Of a stretch of 45,650 nt of DNA, positions 14,769 to 22,940 are shown one piece after another (position 1 is the first letter of the stretch; every line of letters starts with the position of its first letter). The notes below the pieces were generated by a model. The model was given only the letters and a program-made list of their open reading frames with translations, was not told the origin of the DNA and did not search any database. The DNA lies in IMG/VR virus record IMGVR_UViG_3300020613_000010; one strand, given 5' to 3'. A program made the translations under genes and the position numbers. This DNA is from a virus.

Positions 14769-14805
14769 TAGCCGCTCACTTGACACAGACAAGGAGGGCG
14801 TACAC

Positions 14806-15015
14806 ATGAGTGTACCCAACGAGGACCGCGCCACCCTTGCGCGCGAGTTCCTGCGCATGGCGCACAAGAACTACCAGACGCACTACGCCCAGCGCGTCTA
14901 CTTCGCCCGCATCTCCCGCGAACACGGCCTCACCAACAAGGAGATCGCCGACGCCTATGAGATGACCGAATCCGGCGTCCGCAAGATGCTCGAACGTGCG
15001 GAGGTGGCCGACTGA
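14806..15015 (+). CDS. HTH DNA-binding protein (sigma-70 region 4/LuxR-like)
   Basis: RBS AAGGAGGG. GLTNKEIADAYEMTESGVRKMLERA. Confidence 0.75.
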   Translation: MSVPNEDRATLAREFLRMAHKNYQTHYAQRVYFARISREHGLTNKEIADAYEMTESGVRKMLERAEVAD

Positions 15016-15473
15016 TGCCCCGCTTCGACGTAAGTAGCGACTTCGCTAGCCACCCCGCCGCACAGGGCCTCACCCTGCACCAGATCGGCATCTGGACCAT
15101 GTGCGGGTCATGGAGCGCCAAGCACCGCACCGCCGGGCGAACGCCAATCGCCGTGGCGCGAAACTTCGGCGCATCGGACAAGGACATTGCAGCCCTTGTC
15201 GAATGCGGCCTTTGGGCCGTCGTAGGCGACGACGTGACGTATGCCCACGCAGACCTGTGCCGCTTCATCGCGGGAGACTGGCGACCAAAAATCCCCAGTC
15301 GCATCCGCGCCACCGTCATCCTTCGGGCGGGCGGCATGTGCGCCCAGTGCGGCTCCACCGACGAACCGCAGATCGACCACATCAAGCCCTGGTCAAAGGG
15401 TGGAACGCACAGCCTGGACAACCTCCAGCTCTTGTGCGGCCCGTGCAACAGAGCAAAGGGGGACCGCTGGTGA
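15015..15473 (+). CDS. HNH endonuclease
   Basis: CAQCGS..IDHIKPWSKGG..DNLQLLCGPCNRAKG. Confidence 0.85.
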   Translation: MPRFDVSSDFASHPAAQGLTLHQIGIWTMCGSWSAKHRTAGRTPIAVARNFGASDKDIAALVECGLWAVVGDDVTYAHADLCRFIAGDWRPKIPSRIRATVILRAGGMCAQCGSTDEPQIDHIKPWSKGGTHSLDNLQLLCGPCNRAKGDRW

Positions 15474-16201
15474 GCGACCGCAGACTGTGGGTGAAGATCG
15501 ACCGGGGCTACCTGGACAACCCGAAGATGCTCGACATTTTGGATGTCAGTAGCACTGCACCTCTCATGCATCTTGCATCCATCCTCTACTGCTCCCAGCA
15601 CCTCACGGACGGGCATATCAACCCGTCCGTGGCGCGCCGAAAGGTGGGCGGCACTAAGGAGGATGAGCGCGCGCTGATCGAGGCGGGCATGTGGCACGAG
15701 GCTGGGCATGGGTGCGAGAGGTGCCCGCAGCCCGCCGAGGGCAAGGTATACGTCCACGACTACCTGGAGCACAACCAGACCGCGCGCCAGGCAGAGCACG
15801 TTTCTCAGAAGCGATCCGAAGCCGCGCAGAAGCGGTGGGGGGGCTCTTCGGGTGTGCAAAGTGCATCCAAGGTGGATAGCAAGGCGGATGCAAATCAGAT
15901 GCAGAGAAGAGAAGAGAAGAGAAGAGAAGACGAGAGCAAGTTCGCGACCTGGTATGCCGCCTACCCGAAGAAGGTTGGCAAGGGCGCGGCGGAGAGAGCA
16001 TTCAAGGCGGCCTTGAAGAAGACCGACCTTGACACGCTCATCGCAGGCCGAGACCGCTACATCGCAGCCACCCGCGGCACTGACCCCAAGTTCATCGCCA
16101 ACCCCGCAACGTGGCTCAACGGGGAACGATGGGCAGACGAGACCCCCGCCCCATCCAAGGCCACACCCCCGCACCGCATCACCGGACGAATGGACTTCTG
16201 A
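15470..16201 (+). CDS. Putative replisome organiser / DnaD-like replication protein
   Basis: GTGA overlap start. The C-terminal FATWYAAYPKKVGKGAAERAFKAALKK...ANPATWLNGERW motif is common in phage replication-initiation proteins. It sits upstream of the helicase. Confidence 0.55.
   Translation: MSDRRLWVKIDRGYLDNPKMLDILDVSSTAPLMHLASILYCSQHLTDGHINPSVARRKVGGTKEDERALIEAGMWHEAGHGCERCPQPAEGKVYVHDYLEHNQTARQAEHVSQKRSEAAQKRWGGSSGVQSASKVDSKADANQMQRREEKRREDESKFATWYAAYPKKVGKGAAERAFKAALKKTDLDTLIAGRDRYIAATRGTDPKFIANPATWLNGERWADETPAPSKATPPHRITGRMDF
15904..15930 (+). repeat. Pentanucleotide microsatellite (GAGAA) x5.4 inside the coding sequence
   Basis: Counted directly from the sequence; it encodes ..RREEKRRED.. 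Confidence 0.9.
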
Positions 16202-16202
16202 C

Positions 16203-17426
16203 ATGACACCAGAGCAGATGCTCATCGCCACCTGCCTCGCCTACCCCGACGCCGTCACCCTCACCCGTGGCCGCGCCGACGCCGAGGACTTCATCGACCC
16301 CCGCTACCAGCACCTCTACACGGCCATCCTCACCGAGTACGCCGAAGCGGGGACCGTAAACCCGATCACCGTGCACCAGCGGGCCACCACCGCCGGCCTG
16401 CGGGGCGTAGACCTCGTGGACCTCTACCGGTGGCAGGAAGCCATCAGCTCCGCCACCGTCGCCCCCACCCTCGCCGACCAGGTCCGGGACGGGGCACTCC
16501 GCTACCGTCTCGGCCTCATGGTCGGGCAGATGCACCAGCGGATCTCGGACACCGGCACCCCCGTCGCTGACTCTGTGTCCGAGATGCTGGCCGCGCTCAC
16601 GCAGATCCGGGACGGGGCGACCGGCGGCACCACCCTGGCCGCTAAGACGCTCCGCGAGATCCTGGAAACGGAGGACGAACCCGAGGACTGGGTCATCCCC
16701 GGACTGTTCGAACGTGGGGACCGGCTGATCCTCACCGGCTATGAGGGGCTGGGCAAGACGACGTGGCTCCGGCAGATCGGCATCTGCGCAGCCGCCGGCC
16801 TCAACCCCGTCACCCTCGACCAGTTGGACCGTCAGATCCGGGTGCTGTTCGTTGACGTGGAGAACTCCGAACGTCAGTGGCGGCGTGAGACCCGGGGAAT
16901 CGCTGTCGTCGCCGAACGCGGTGGCCTCGGTTCCCCCCGCGACTACGTCCACGTCCACACTGGGGCGCGCATGGACCTTCGCAAAGACCGCGACCTGGGG
17001 CTCGTGCACCGGCTCGTGGACCAGTACCAGCCCGAGATCCTGGTCATTGGCCCCCTGTACCGGCTCACCCCGAACGGCATCAACAACGACGAGGAAGCCG
17101 CCCCGCTGATCGCCGCACTGGACACACTCCGGGACCGGGGCCTCGTGCTCGCGATGGAAGCTCACGCCCCGAAGGGCAGCATGGGGGAACGCAACCTGGC
17201 CCCTCGCGGGTCGGCGGCGCTCATGGGCTGGCCCGAGTTCGGTTTCGGGCTGGCCCCGAAGGACCAGGACGAGACGGGCCGCATCCAGACCGCCGAGGTC
17301 GTCCGCTGGCGTGGAGACCGTGACCGTGGCCGCCGTTGGCCGAAGATGTTGTGGGCTGGCGGCCCGTTCCCGTGGACGGCGGACGAGGTTAGCAACAGCA
17401 CACGACAAGCCCTGTACGCCCGCTAG
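16203..17426 (+). CDS. DnaB-like / RepA-like replicative helicase (RecA-fold ATPase)
   Basis: DnaB-N-like MLIATCLAYPDAV..DFIDPRYQHLY, Walker A GYEGLGKTT and Walker B-like RVLFVDVEN. Confidence 0.8.
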   Translation: MTPEQMLIATCLAYPDAVTLTRGRADAEDFIDPRYQHLYTAILTEYAEAGTVNPITVHQRATTAGLRGVDLVDLYRWQEAISSATVAPTLADQVRDGALRYRLGLMVGQMHQRISDTGTPVADSVSEMLAALTQIRDGATGGTTLAAKTLREILETEDEPEDWVIPGLFERGDRLILTGYEGLGKTTWLRQIGICAAAGLNPVTLDQLDRQIRVLFVDVENSERQWRRETRGIAVVAERGGLGSPRDYVHVHTGARMDLRKDRDLGLVHRLVDQYQPEILVIGPLYRLTPNGINNDEEAAPLIAALDTLRDRGLVLAMEAHAPKGSMGERNLAPRGSAALMGWPEFGFGLAPKDQDETGRIQTAEVVRWRGDRDRGRRWPKMLWAGGPFPWTADEVSNSTRQALYAR

Positions 17427-17527
17427 GAAGCCCGCAACCACCAGTCAGGTCCCGGACTGCCACCAGGGCCACAAACCCGCCCCAAAACGGCGCACAAGGA
17501 GAGAGCGTGCCTCGCAGATGATGGGAG

Positions 17528-17556
17528 TTGCATCCCGTACCTACGCCATGTAGGCT
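17528..17556 (+). promoter_or_regulatory. Candidate promoter TTGCAT-17-TAGGCT
   Basis: Hexamers with 17-nt spacing, 30 nt upstream of the ATG at 17586. Confidence 0.45.
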
Positions 17557-17585
17557 GTGGGTACACACCAAGGAGAGGAAAGACC

Positions 17586-17930
17586 ATGAACACCACCGCC
17601 ACCATCCAGAACCGCACCACCCGCAACTACCTCGGCCGCGAGCGCCTGACCTTCGAGTTCGCCCTGTCGAACACGATCCACGCCCGCTACACCACCGTTG
17701 ACGACTACGGCTACACCGGACACGACATTCACCTCGACCGCGTCCAGGTCATGGTCTGCAAGGGCCAGAACGAGACCACGTACGTGATCGTGAACGAGAA
17801 TGGCCGTCGCCTCGAAATCCAGGGCGCCGCCCGCCTCGACGGCGAGTTCCGCCAGTTCCGCAAGCCCGTCAGCGACAACCAGGACGAGGCCCGCGCCGCG
17901 AAGGTCCTCGCCAAGTGGCTGGCCGCCTGA
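17586..17930 (+). CDS. Hypothetical protein (114 aa)
   Basis: RBS AAGGAGAGG. Protein-like translation with no recognised motif. Confidence 0.75.
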   Translation: MNTTATIQNRTTRNYLGRERLTFEFALSNTIHARYTTVDDYGYTGHDIHLDRVQVMVCKGQNETTYVIVNENGRRLEIQGAARLDGEFRQFRKPVSDNQDEARAAKVLAKWLAA

Positions 17931-17933
17931 CCC

Positions 17934-18065
17934 ATGGCAACCCCACTCAGGAACTTCCGGCTCGACGACGAAACCTGGCGACGGCTCAAGGAGCGCGCCG
18001 AAGAAGAAGGGTCAGACGCCTCGACGCTCATCCGCACACTCATCACCCGCTATCTGTCGAAGTGA
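17934..18065 (+). CDS. Ribbon-helix-helix (CopG/Arc-like) protein, 43 aa
   Basis: MATPLRNFRLDDETWRRLKERAEEEGSDASTLIRTLITRYLSK shows the classic RHH pattern. Too short for the ORF track. It starts 3 nt after the upstream stop. Confidence 0.7.
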   Translation: MATPLRNFRLDDETWRRLKERAEEEGSDASTLIRTLITRYLSK

Positions 18066-18070
18066 CAGAT

Positions 18071-18100
18071 GCAGGGGCGCACCCAATGGTGCGCCCCTGC
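18071..18100 (+). terminator. Perfect 13-bp stem-loop
   Basis: GCAGGGGCGCACC-CAAT-GGTGCGCCCCTGC, located 5 nt after the RHH stop. Confidence 0.7.
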
Positions 18101-18120
18101 CCGCACAAGGAGAGAACACC

Positions 18121-18798
18121 ATGACCCGCCCCCGCCTACTCGACCTCTACAGTTGCGCCGGAGGAGCCGCAGTCGGCTACCACCGTGCAGGCTTCGACGT
18201 CGTCGGCGTAGACATCGCCTTCCAGAAGAACTACCCCTACGAGTTCCACCAGGGTGACGCGCTCGCCTACGTCGCCGAGCACGGCCACGAGTTCGACGCC
18301 ATCCACGCATCCCCGCCATGCCAGGCATTCAGCAAAACCCGCACCCTGCACAACAACGAACACCCCGACCTCGTCGCCCCGACGCGGGAGGCCCTGGAAG
18401 CCACCGGCAAGCCCTACATCATCGAGAACGTTGTCGGCGCACCCCTGATCGACCCGCTCATGCTGTGCGGCACCGAGTTCGGCATGACGGCCCTCGACGT
18501 GGACGGTGTGCCCCTCAAAGTGCTCCGCCACCGCCTCTTCGAGTCGAACATCCCCCTCACCCGACGCGGCGAATGCGACCACGACCCCTCCATCCTCACC
18601 GCCTCGATCTACGGGGCCGGCGGAGGATGGACGCCCGAGCATCGCGACAGCCCCACACGGCGCGGCGGCTACGTCCCCCACACCGACGTATGCCGGGAAC
18701 TGCTCGGCGTGGACTGGACCACCAAACACGAGCTGTCACAGGTCGTCCCGCCCGCATTCACCGAACACCTCGGCAAGCAGCTCATCCAGCACATCTGA
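18121..18798 (+). CDS. DNA (cytosine-5) methyltransferase (short form)
   Basis: RBS AAGGAGAGA. LDLYSCAGGAAVGY (motif I), SPPCQAFS (motif IV) and ENV (motif VI). Confidence 0.85.
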   Translation: MTRPRLLDLYSCAGGAAVGYHRAGFDVVGVDIAFQKNYPYEFHQGDALAYVAEHGHEFDAIHASPPCQAFSKTRTLHNNEHPDLVAPTREALEATGKPYIIENVVGAPLIDPLMLCGTEFGMTALDVDGVPLKVLRHRLFESNIPLTRRGECDHDPSILTASIYGAGGGWTPEHRDSPTRRGGYVPHTDVCRELLGVDWTTKHELSQVVPPAFTEHLGKQLIQHI

Positions 18799-18818
18799 AC
18801 CACACCCAAGGAGAGAAC

Positions 18819-19250
18819 ATGAACACCCTGCCAGCCCGCTTCACGCACCCCCACGCGGAAGTCCCGACCCGCGCGCACCCGACCGACGCGGGCCTCGACC
18901 TCGCCGCATCCGAGACCACACACATCGCACCCGGCGTCGTGACCCTCGTGCCCACCGGCATCTCGGTCGCCATCCCCGAAGGACACGTCGGCATCCTCGC
19001 CGCCCGCTCCTCACTCGCCGTCAAGAAAGCCATGACCCTCGCCAACGGGGTCGGCATCATCGACGCCGACTACCGGGGCGAAATCAAGATCCCCATCATC
19101 CCCCTCGACGGCTGCCACAACCTCATCCAAGCCGGCCAGAAGATCGCGCAACTCATCATCATCCCCATCGCACTACCCACCGTGGAAGTCGTCGCCGAAC
19201 TGCCGGACAGTGAACGCGGCCACGGCGGATTCGGGAGCACCGACGCATGA
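18819..19250 (+). CDS. dut: dUTP diphosphatase
   Basis: AGLDL, ARSS, GIIDADYRGEI, KIAQLII and ERGHGGFGST motifs. Confidence 0.9.
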   Translation: MNTLPARFTHPHAEVPTRAHPTDAGLDLAASETTHIAPGVVTLVPTGISVAIPEGHVGILAARSSLAVKKAMTLANGVGIIDADYRGEIKIPIIPLDGCHNLIQAGQKIAQLIIIPIALPTVEVVAELPDSERGHGGFGSTDA

Positions 19251-19456
19251 ACGACCCCATCAACCCGGACCACTACCGCCGCCACGGCATCGAACTCATC
19301 GACCTCATCGAACACATGCCCTTCTCACGCGCCAACGTCATCAAGTACGTTGCCCGTGCAGGCCACAAGAACCCGGCAACCGAACTCGAAGACCTCCGCA
19401 AAGCCGCCTGGTACATCAACCGCGAAATCGCACGACTCGAAGGAGAGAACCAATGA
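19247..19456 (+). CDS. DUF3310-like protein
   Basis: INPDHYRRHGIELIDLIE..ANVIKYVARAG.K....EDLRKAAWYI. Confidence 0.75.
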   Translation: MNDPINPDHYRRHGIELIDLIEHMPFSRANVIKYVARAGHKNPATELEDLRKAAWYINREIARLEGENQ

Positions 19457-19845
19457 CTGACCTCACCCCCAACCACCCCGCCGTCGAAGCGGCGCATACC
19501 GCGTCGCAAGCATGGATGGATGACGTGGCCTGCAAACTCCCGCGCGACGAGATGGTCTACATCCTCACCGCCGCCATCCCGCACCTGGACGCCGACGACC
19601 TCCGCAACACCGATGCCGCAGAGGAAATCCGCACCGAGGGATGGCTGCAGGGCTGGGCCGCTGGACGTGACCTGGACGGCGACGAGGACGCGATCCCGTA
19701 CCTCCGCAACACCCCCGCCGGACGCGCACTCATGGCCGAAGGATGGGACGCGCTGATCGAAAGCATGTCCGCATCCGGCGAGTTCCACGACGTAGACCTC
19801 CGAACCATGCAACGTCTGAACCCCTACCGGAAGGCCGACGCATGA
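19453..19845 (+). CDS. Hypothetical protein
   Basis: ATGA overlap start; 130 aa. Confidence 0.7.
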   Translation: MTDLTPNHPAVEAAHTASQAWMDDVACKLPRDEMVYILTAAIPHLDADDLRNTDAAEEIRTEGWLQGWAAGRDLDGDEDAIPYLRNTPAGRALMAEGWDALIESMSASGEFHDVDLRTMQRLNPYRKADA

Positions 19846-20237
19846 GCCGAACGTGGACGCTGACCATCGACGCGCCAACCCACCACACCCGTGACGGCAA
19901 AACACGGGTCCTGTGGATCAACGCGAACTCACGCGAGCACTACATGGCGAGGGCACGGAAAACCAAGCTGTGGCGGACAGCGGCATTCGAAGCCGCACGA
20001 CGCAGCCCCATCCCGCCCCTCGACAAAGCACGCATCACCGTCACCATCCACAAAACCCGTGGAGGACGATACGATCCGGGCAACCTAGCCCCTACGGCCA
20101 AAGCGGCTGTAGACGGCATAGTAGACGCCAACATCCTCCCCGACGACGACGCCGAACACCTCGAAGGCCCCGACATGCGCGCCGGCACCAAAGCCGACCA
20201 CCCCCATATCACCATCACCATCCGCGAAATCGGATGA
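19842..20237 (+). CDS. rusA: RusA-like Holliday junction resolvase
   Basis: ..GGRYDPGNLAPTAKAAVDGIVDANILPDDDAEHL.. is the RusA signature. Confidence 0.85.
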   Translation: MSRTWTLTIDAPTHHTRDGKTRVLWINANSREHYMARARKTKLWRTAAFEAARRSPIPPLDKARITVTIHKTRGGRYDPGNLAPTAKAAVDGIVDANILPDDDAEHLEGPDMRAGTKADHPHITITIREIG

Positions 20238-20259
20238 ACCGAACACTAAGGAGAGAACC

Positions 20260-20484
20260 ATGAGTTCAACCGAAATCTACGGGCACCACATCAACCTGCC
20301 CGAACCCAACCCCGGCGGCATGGTCACCGACGTCATCGTGCTAGCCTGGATCGTGCACATGGACGGCGCACAAACCCGCGACATGCTCGCCATGTCCGCC
20401 ACAACCCAAACCACCGGCATCGTGCAGCTCGGAATGATCTCCGCAGCTGGGGCCTCATGCTCCGAATGGGACGAAGAAGACTGA
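20260..20484 (+). CDS. Hypothetical protein
   Basis: RBS AAGGAGAGA; 74 aa with an acidic C-terminus. Confidence 0.65.
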   Translation: MSSTEIYGHHINLPEPNPGGMVTDVIVLAWIVHMDGAQTRDMLAMSATTQTTGIVQLGMISAAGASCSEWDEED

Positions 20485-20503
20485 ACCACCACAAGGAGAG
20501 ACC

Positions 20504-20752
20504 ATGAACACCGCATACCCTGCATTCGAGATCATGACACCCGGCCTCGTCGGGTCCGCCATCACCCTCCGATCCGCCAACACCCAGGTCACAGGACTCC
20601 TCACCGGCTTCCACGTTGACGGGTGGACCACACGCACCCACGACGGCACCACCACGGTTGAGGACATCAGCGTGACCGCCCGCTTCGACCGCAACGGGGA
20701 CGACTGGGACGTGCCCGTCACCCCAGACATGACCCTGGAAGTCCACCCGTAG
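20504..20752 (+). CDS. Hypothetical protein
   Basis: RBS AAGGAGAGA; 82 aa. Confidence 0.65.
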   Translation: MNTAYPAFEIMTPGLVGSAITLRSANTQVTGLLTGFHVDGWTTRTHDGTTTVEDISVTARFDRNGDDWDVPVTPDMTLEVHP

Positions 20753-20768
20753 ACTGTCCACCACCACC

Positions 20769-20801
20769 CAGCGGCCCCCAGCACAAAGCCGGGGGCCGCT
20801 G
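20769..20801 (+). terminator. Stem-loop
   Basis: CAGCGGCCCCC-N11-GGGGGCCGCTG. Confidence 0.55.
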
Positions 20802-20820
20802 GAACACGCAAGGAGACCCG

Positions 20821-21540
20821 ATGACCTGCACTGTGCCCCACTGTGACACGCCCACCGCAGACGGCATCCACCTCTGCGACCCGCATGAAGGGTCGTTGTT
20901 CACCCTCCTCGGGCAGATCCCCGACACCCTCGCCGACGCGCAAGACACCATCGCCAGACTCGACACGCGGCAGAACAGCGGGCGGGCCAGCACCACGCCC
21001 GGCACGCCCATCAACCTGGAAGCATCCGAGCGCGTGTCCGAGCTGAATGGGCTGCTCGTGTCCTGGTCGCAGATGCTCCACGAAGCAACCGGCGAACCAG
21101 GCGACGCAGGGGCCGACTACCTGCGCGCCAACCTGCGCCACATCACCCACCACGACTGGGCCGGCGACATGCTTGACGAGCTGCAACGAGCACACCGGCG
21201 CGTCATCCAAGCCATCGACACGGCACCAGACTGGCGCACCTACGGCCCATGCCACATCGAAGGATGCACCGGACTCATCCGGGGCAAGGTGGGCGACGTG
21301 CTAGCCCGATGCCGGACCTGTCACGAGCCCTACGACGCGACCGAACTACGCGACAACGCCCTAGCCAACGCATGGGAAGAAAGCGCACCCCTCGCCTCAG
21401 TCATCCGCGCACTCAACGCAACCGGCATCAAGATCAAATACGACCGCGCGAAGAAATGGGTGGAGCGTGGCAAGCTCGCCCCCGACGACCACGGCAACTT
21501 CACAATGGCCCAAGTGATAGAAGTTCTCCGCAAGACTTGA
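20821..21540 (+). CDS. Hypothetical protein with Cys clusters (zinc-ribbon-like) and a C-terminal HTH-like helix
   Basis: RBS AAGGAGA. CTVPHCD..LCDPH and CHIEGC..RCRTCH. It is the last gene before the packaging region. Confidence 0.7.
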   Translation: MTCTVPHCDTPTADGIHLCDPHEGSLFTLLGQIPDTLADAQDTIARLDTRQNSGRASTTPGTPINLEASERVSELNGLLVSWSQMLHEATGEPGDAGADYLRANLRHITHHDWAGDMLDELQRAHRRVIQAIDTAPDWRTYGPCHIEGCTGLIRGKVGDVLARCRTCHEPYDATELRDNALANAWEESAPLASVIRALNATGIKIKYDRAKKWVERGKLAPDDHGNFTMAQVIEVLRKT

Positions 21541-21573
21541 CACGGGGCGCAACTGTCACCTACCGTGTGTTTA

Positions 21574-21606
21574 GGTCGCCCGTAGACTCAAGAGTACGAG
21601 GCGACC
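21574..21606 (+). terminator. Stem-loop (11 bp with one bulge)
   Basis: GGTCGCCCGTA..TACGAGGCGACC. Confidence 0.45.
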
Positions 21607-21615
21607 AACAACCAA

Positions 21616-21644
21616 CGCCCGCTAACCGTTGTGGTTAGCGGGCG
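21616..21644 (+). terminator. Perfect 12-bp stem-loop followed by a T-containing tail
   Basis: CGCCCGCTAACC-GTTGT-GGTTAGCGGGCG, then AAGACTTTCCC. Confidence 0.65.
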
Positions 21645-21770
21645 AAGACTTTCCCAGACCACCACGAGGGGCGCTCCTCTCCTTGCGCCAAACCCGTGGT
21701 GTGCCCCGCCGTCGAGCCGCCCCCGAGGTGCGCTCCGGCGGGGCTGTACAACTTAGGCAGGGAGGCAGAC

Positions 21771-22100
21771 ATGGCACGCGCCAAACGCATCTGCCCCAAA
21801 CCCGGATGCCCACACGTCGCCGTAGGCCGCTACTGCCCCCAACACAACCGCGAATACGAACAGAAGCGCGGCACGAAACTGGAGCGCGGCTACGACGCAC
21901 GCTTCCGCGAGCTACGCAGGATCGCCCTCGACAAAGTAAACGCAGGCGGCGTCAACTGCTGGAGATGCGGGAAGCCAATCGAGGCAGGCGCACCATTCGA
22001 CCTAGGCCACGACGACCACGACCGCACCATCATTCGCGGGCCCGAACACCCGCGATGCAACCGAAGCGCAGCCGGTCGAGCAGCTCACCTATACTCGTAA
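21771..22100 (+). CDS. HNH endonuclease (terminase-associated type)
   Basis: RBS GGGAGG. CWRCGKPI..FDLGHDDHDR..EHPRCN. Confidence 0.85.
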   Translation: MARAKRICPKPGCPHVAVGRYCPQHNREYEQKRGTKLERGYDARFRELRRIALDKVNAGGVNCWRCGKPIEAGAPFDLGHDDHDRTIIRGPEHPRCNRSAAGRAAHLYS

Positions 22101-22112
22101 CAACAAAGAAGC

Positions 22113-22143
22113 GCCCCCGCGATGACTGCAATCATCCGGGGGC
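22113..22143 (+). other. Stem-loop between the two HNH genes
   Basis: GCCCCCG-c-GATGA-CTGCAA-TCATC-CGGGGGC. Confidence 0.5.
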
Positions 22144-22169
22144 ATGGCCGAATCTCAGGAGGATTCGAC

Positions 22170-22940
22170 ATGACCCAGCGTACATGCGAACACCCCGGAT
22201 GCAACAAGCCGCACCGGGCGCGCGGGCTCTGTGCCACGCACTACAACCAGGTGCACGCACCCAACCGGCACAAGAAGAAGCCGGTTGAGTGCTCCTTCTG
22301 TGGGGAAACAGTCATGAAGGATGGCGGCGAGCGCCGAGGGCGCCGGCCAACCTGCTCGAATGAATGCAGGTCGTGGCTCACCCGCCCTTACTGCCGCCTG
22401 CCGCATGACCACTGGGCGCTCTGGTACGGACGAACTTGCAAGCTTCCCGTTCCGAGGGTGCGCCGCGACGAGGTCGTCCCTTGCGCATGGTGTGGGGAGT
22501 GCTTTCACGCGACCCGCACGGCCTCCAAGTACTGCAAAGAAACCTGCTCGCGCAAAGCGGGCAAGGCTCGGCGCAGGGCGCGGGAGGCTTCAGCGCCTGG
22601 CGAGTTCGCGTGGTCTGAGGTTATGCGGATTCACCTAATGGCTGAGCGTCGCTGTTCGTACTGCGACACGGTCACCGACCAGCCCGACCCTGACCACGTT
22701 GTCCCGCTAAGCCGAGGCGGGCGCAACGACATCGGCAACATCCTTCCATGCTGCAAGCAATGCAACGGAGACAAAGGCGACATGACGCTGGCCGAATGGG
22801 CTGAGTACCGAGGGCGCCGAGGCAAGGCGCAGGTCAGGGTTGAGTTCAATCGAAGCGAGGCTAGATTCCGTCACCTGATCGAAGGCGTTGCGACGGGGTC
22901 GTCACACCGACTCAAAATCGAGTTCGAGCGGGCGGCTTAA
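22170..22940 (+). CDS. HNH endonuclease with N-terminal multi-zinc-ribbon region
   Basis: RBS AGGAGG. CSYCD..PDHVVPLSRGG..NILPCCKQCNGDKG, with several CxxC pairs upstream. Confidence 0.85.
   Translation: MTQRTCEHPGCNKPHRARGLCATHYNQVHAPNRHKKKPVECSFCGETVMKDGGERRGRRPTCSNECRSWLTRPYCRLPHDHWALWYGRTCKLPVPRVRRDEVVPCAWCGECFHATRTASKYCKETCSRKAGKARRRAREASAPGEFAWSEVMRIHLMAERRCSYCDTVTDQPDPDHVVPLSRGGRNDIGNILPCCKQCNGDKGDMTLAEWAEYRGRRGKAQVRVEFNRSEARFRHLIEGVATGSSHRLKIEFERAA

Noticed and set aside
14780-14785. A perfect TTGACA hexamer just upstream of the RBS of 14806, considered as a -35 element.
   Set aside because: There is no acceptable -10 hexamer 16-19 nt downstream; that position is the RBS and start codon.
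17507-17553. Mini-ORFs after an AAGGAGAGAG-like site (GTG 17507, 4 codons; ATG 17518, 11 codons) in the helicase-downstream spacer.
   Set aside because: They are too short to support as genes, and the region is better explained as promoter or leader sequence. They could still be a regulatory upstream ORF.
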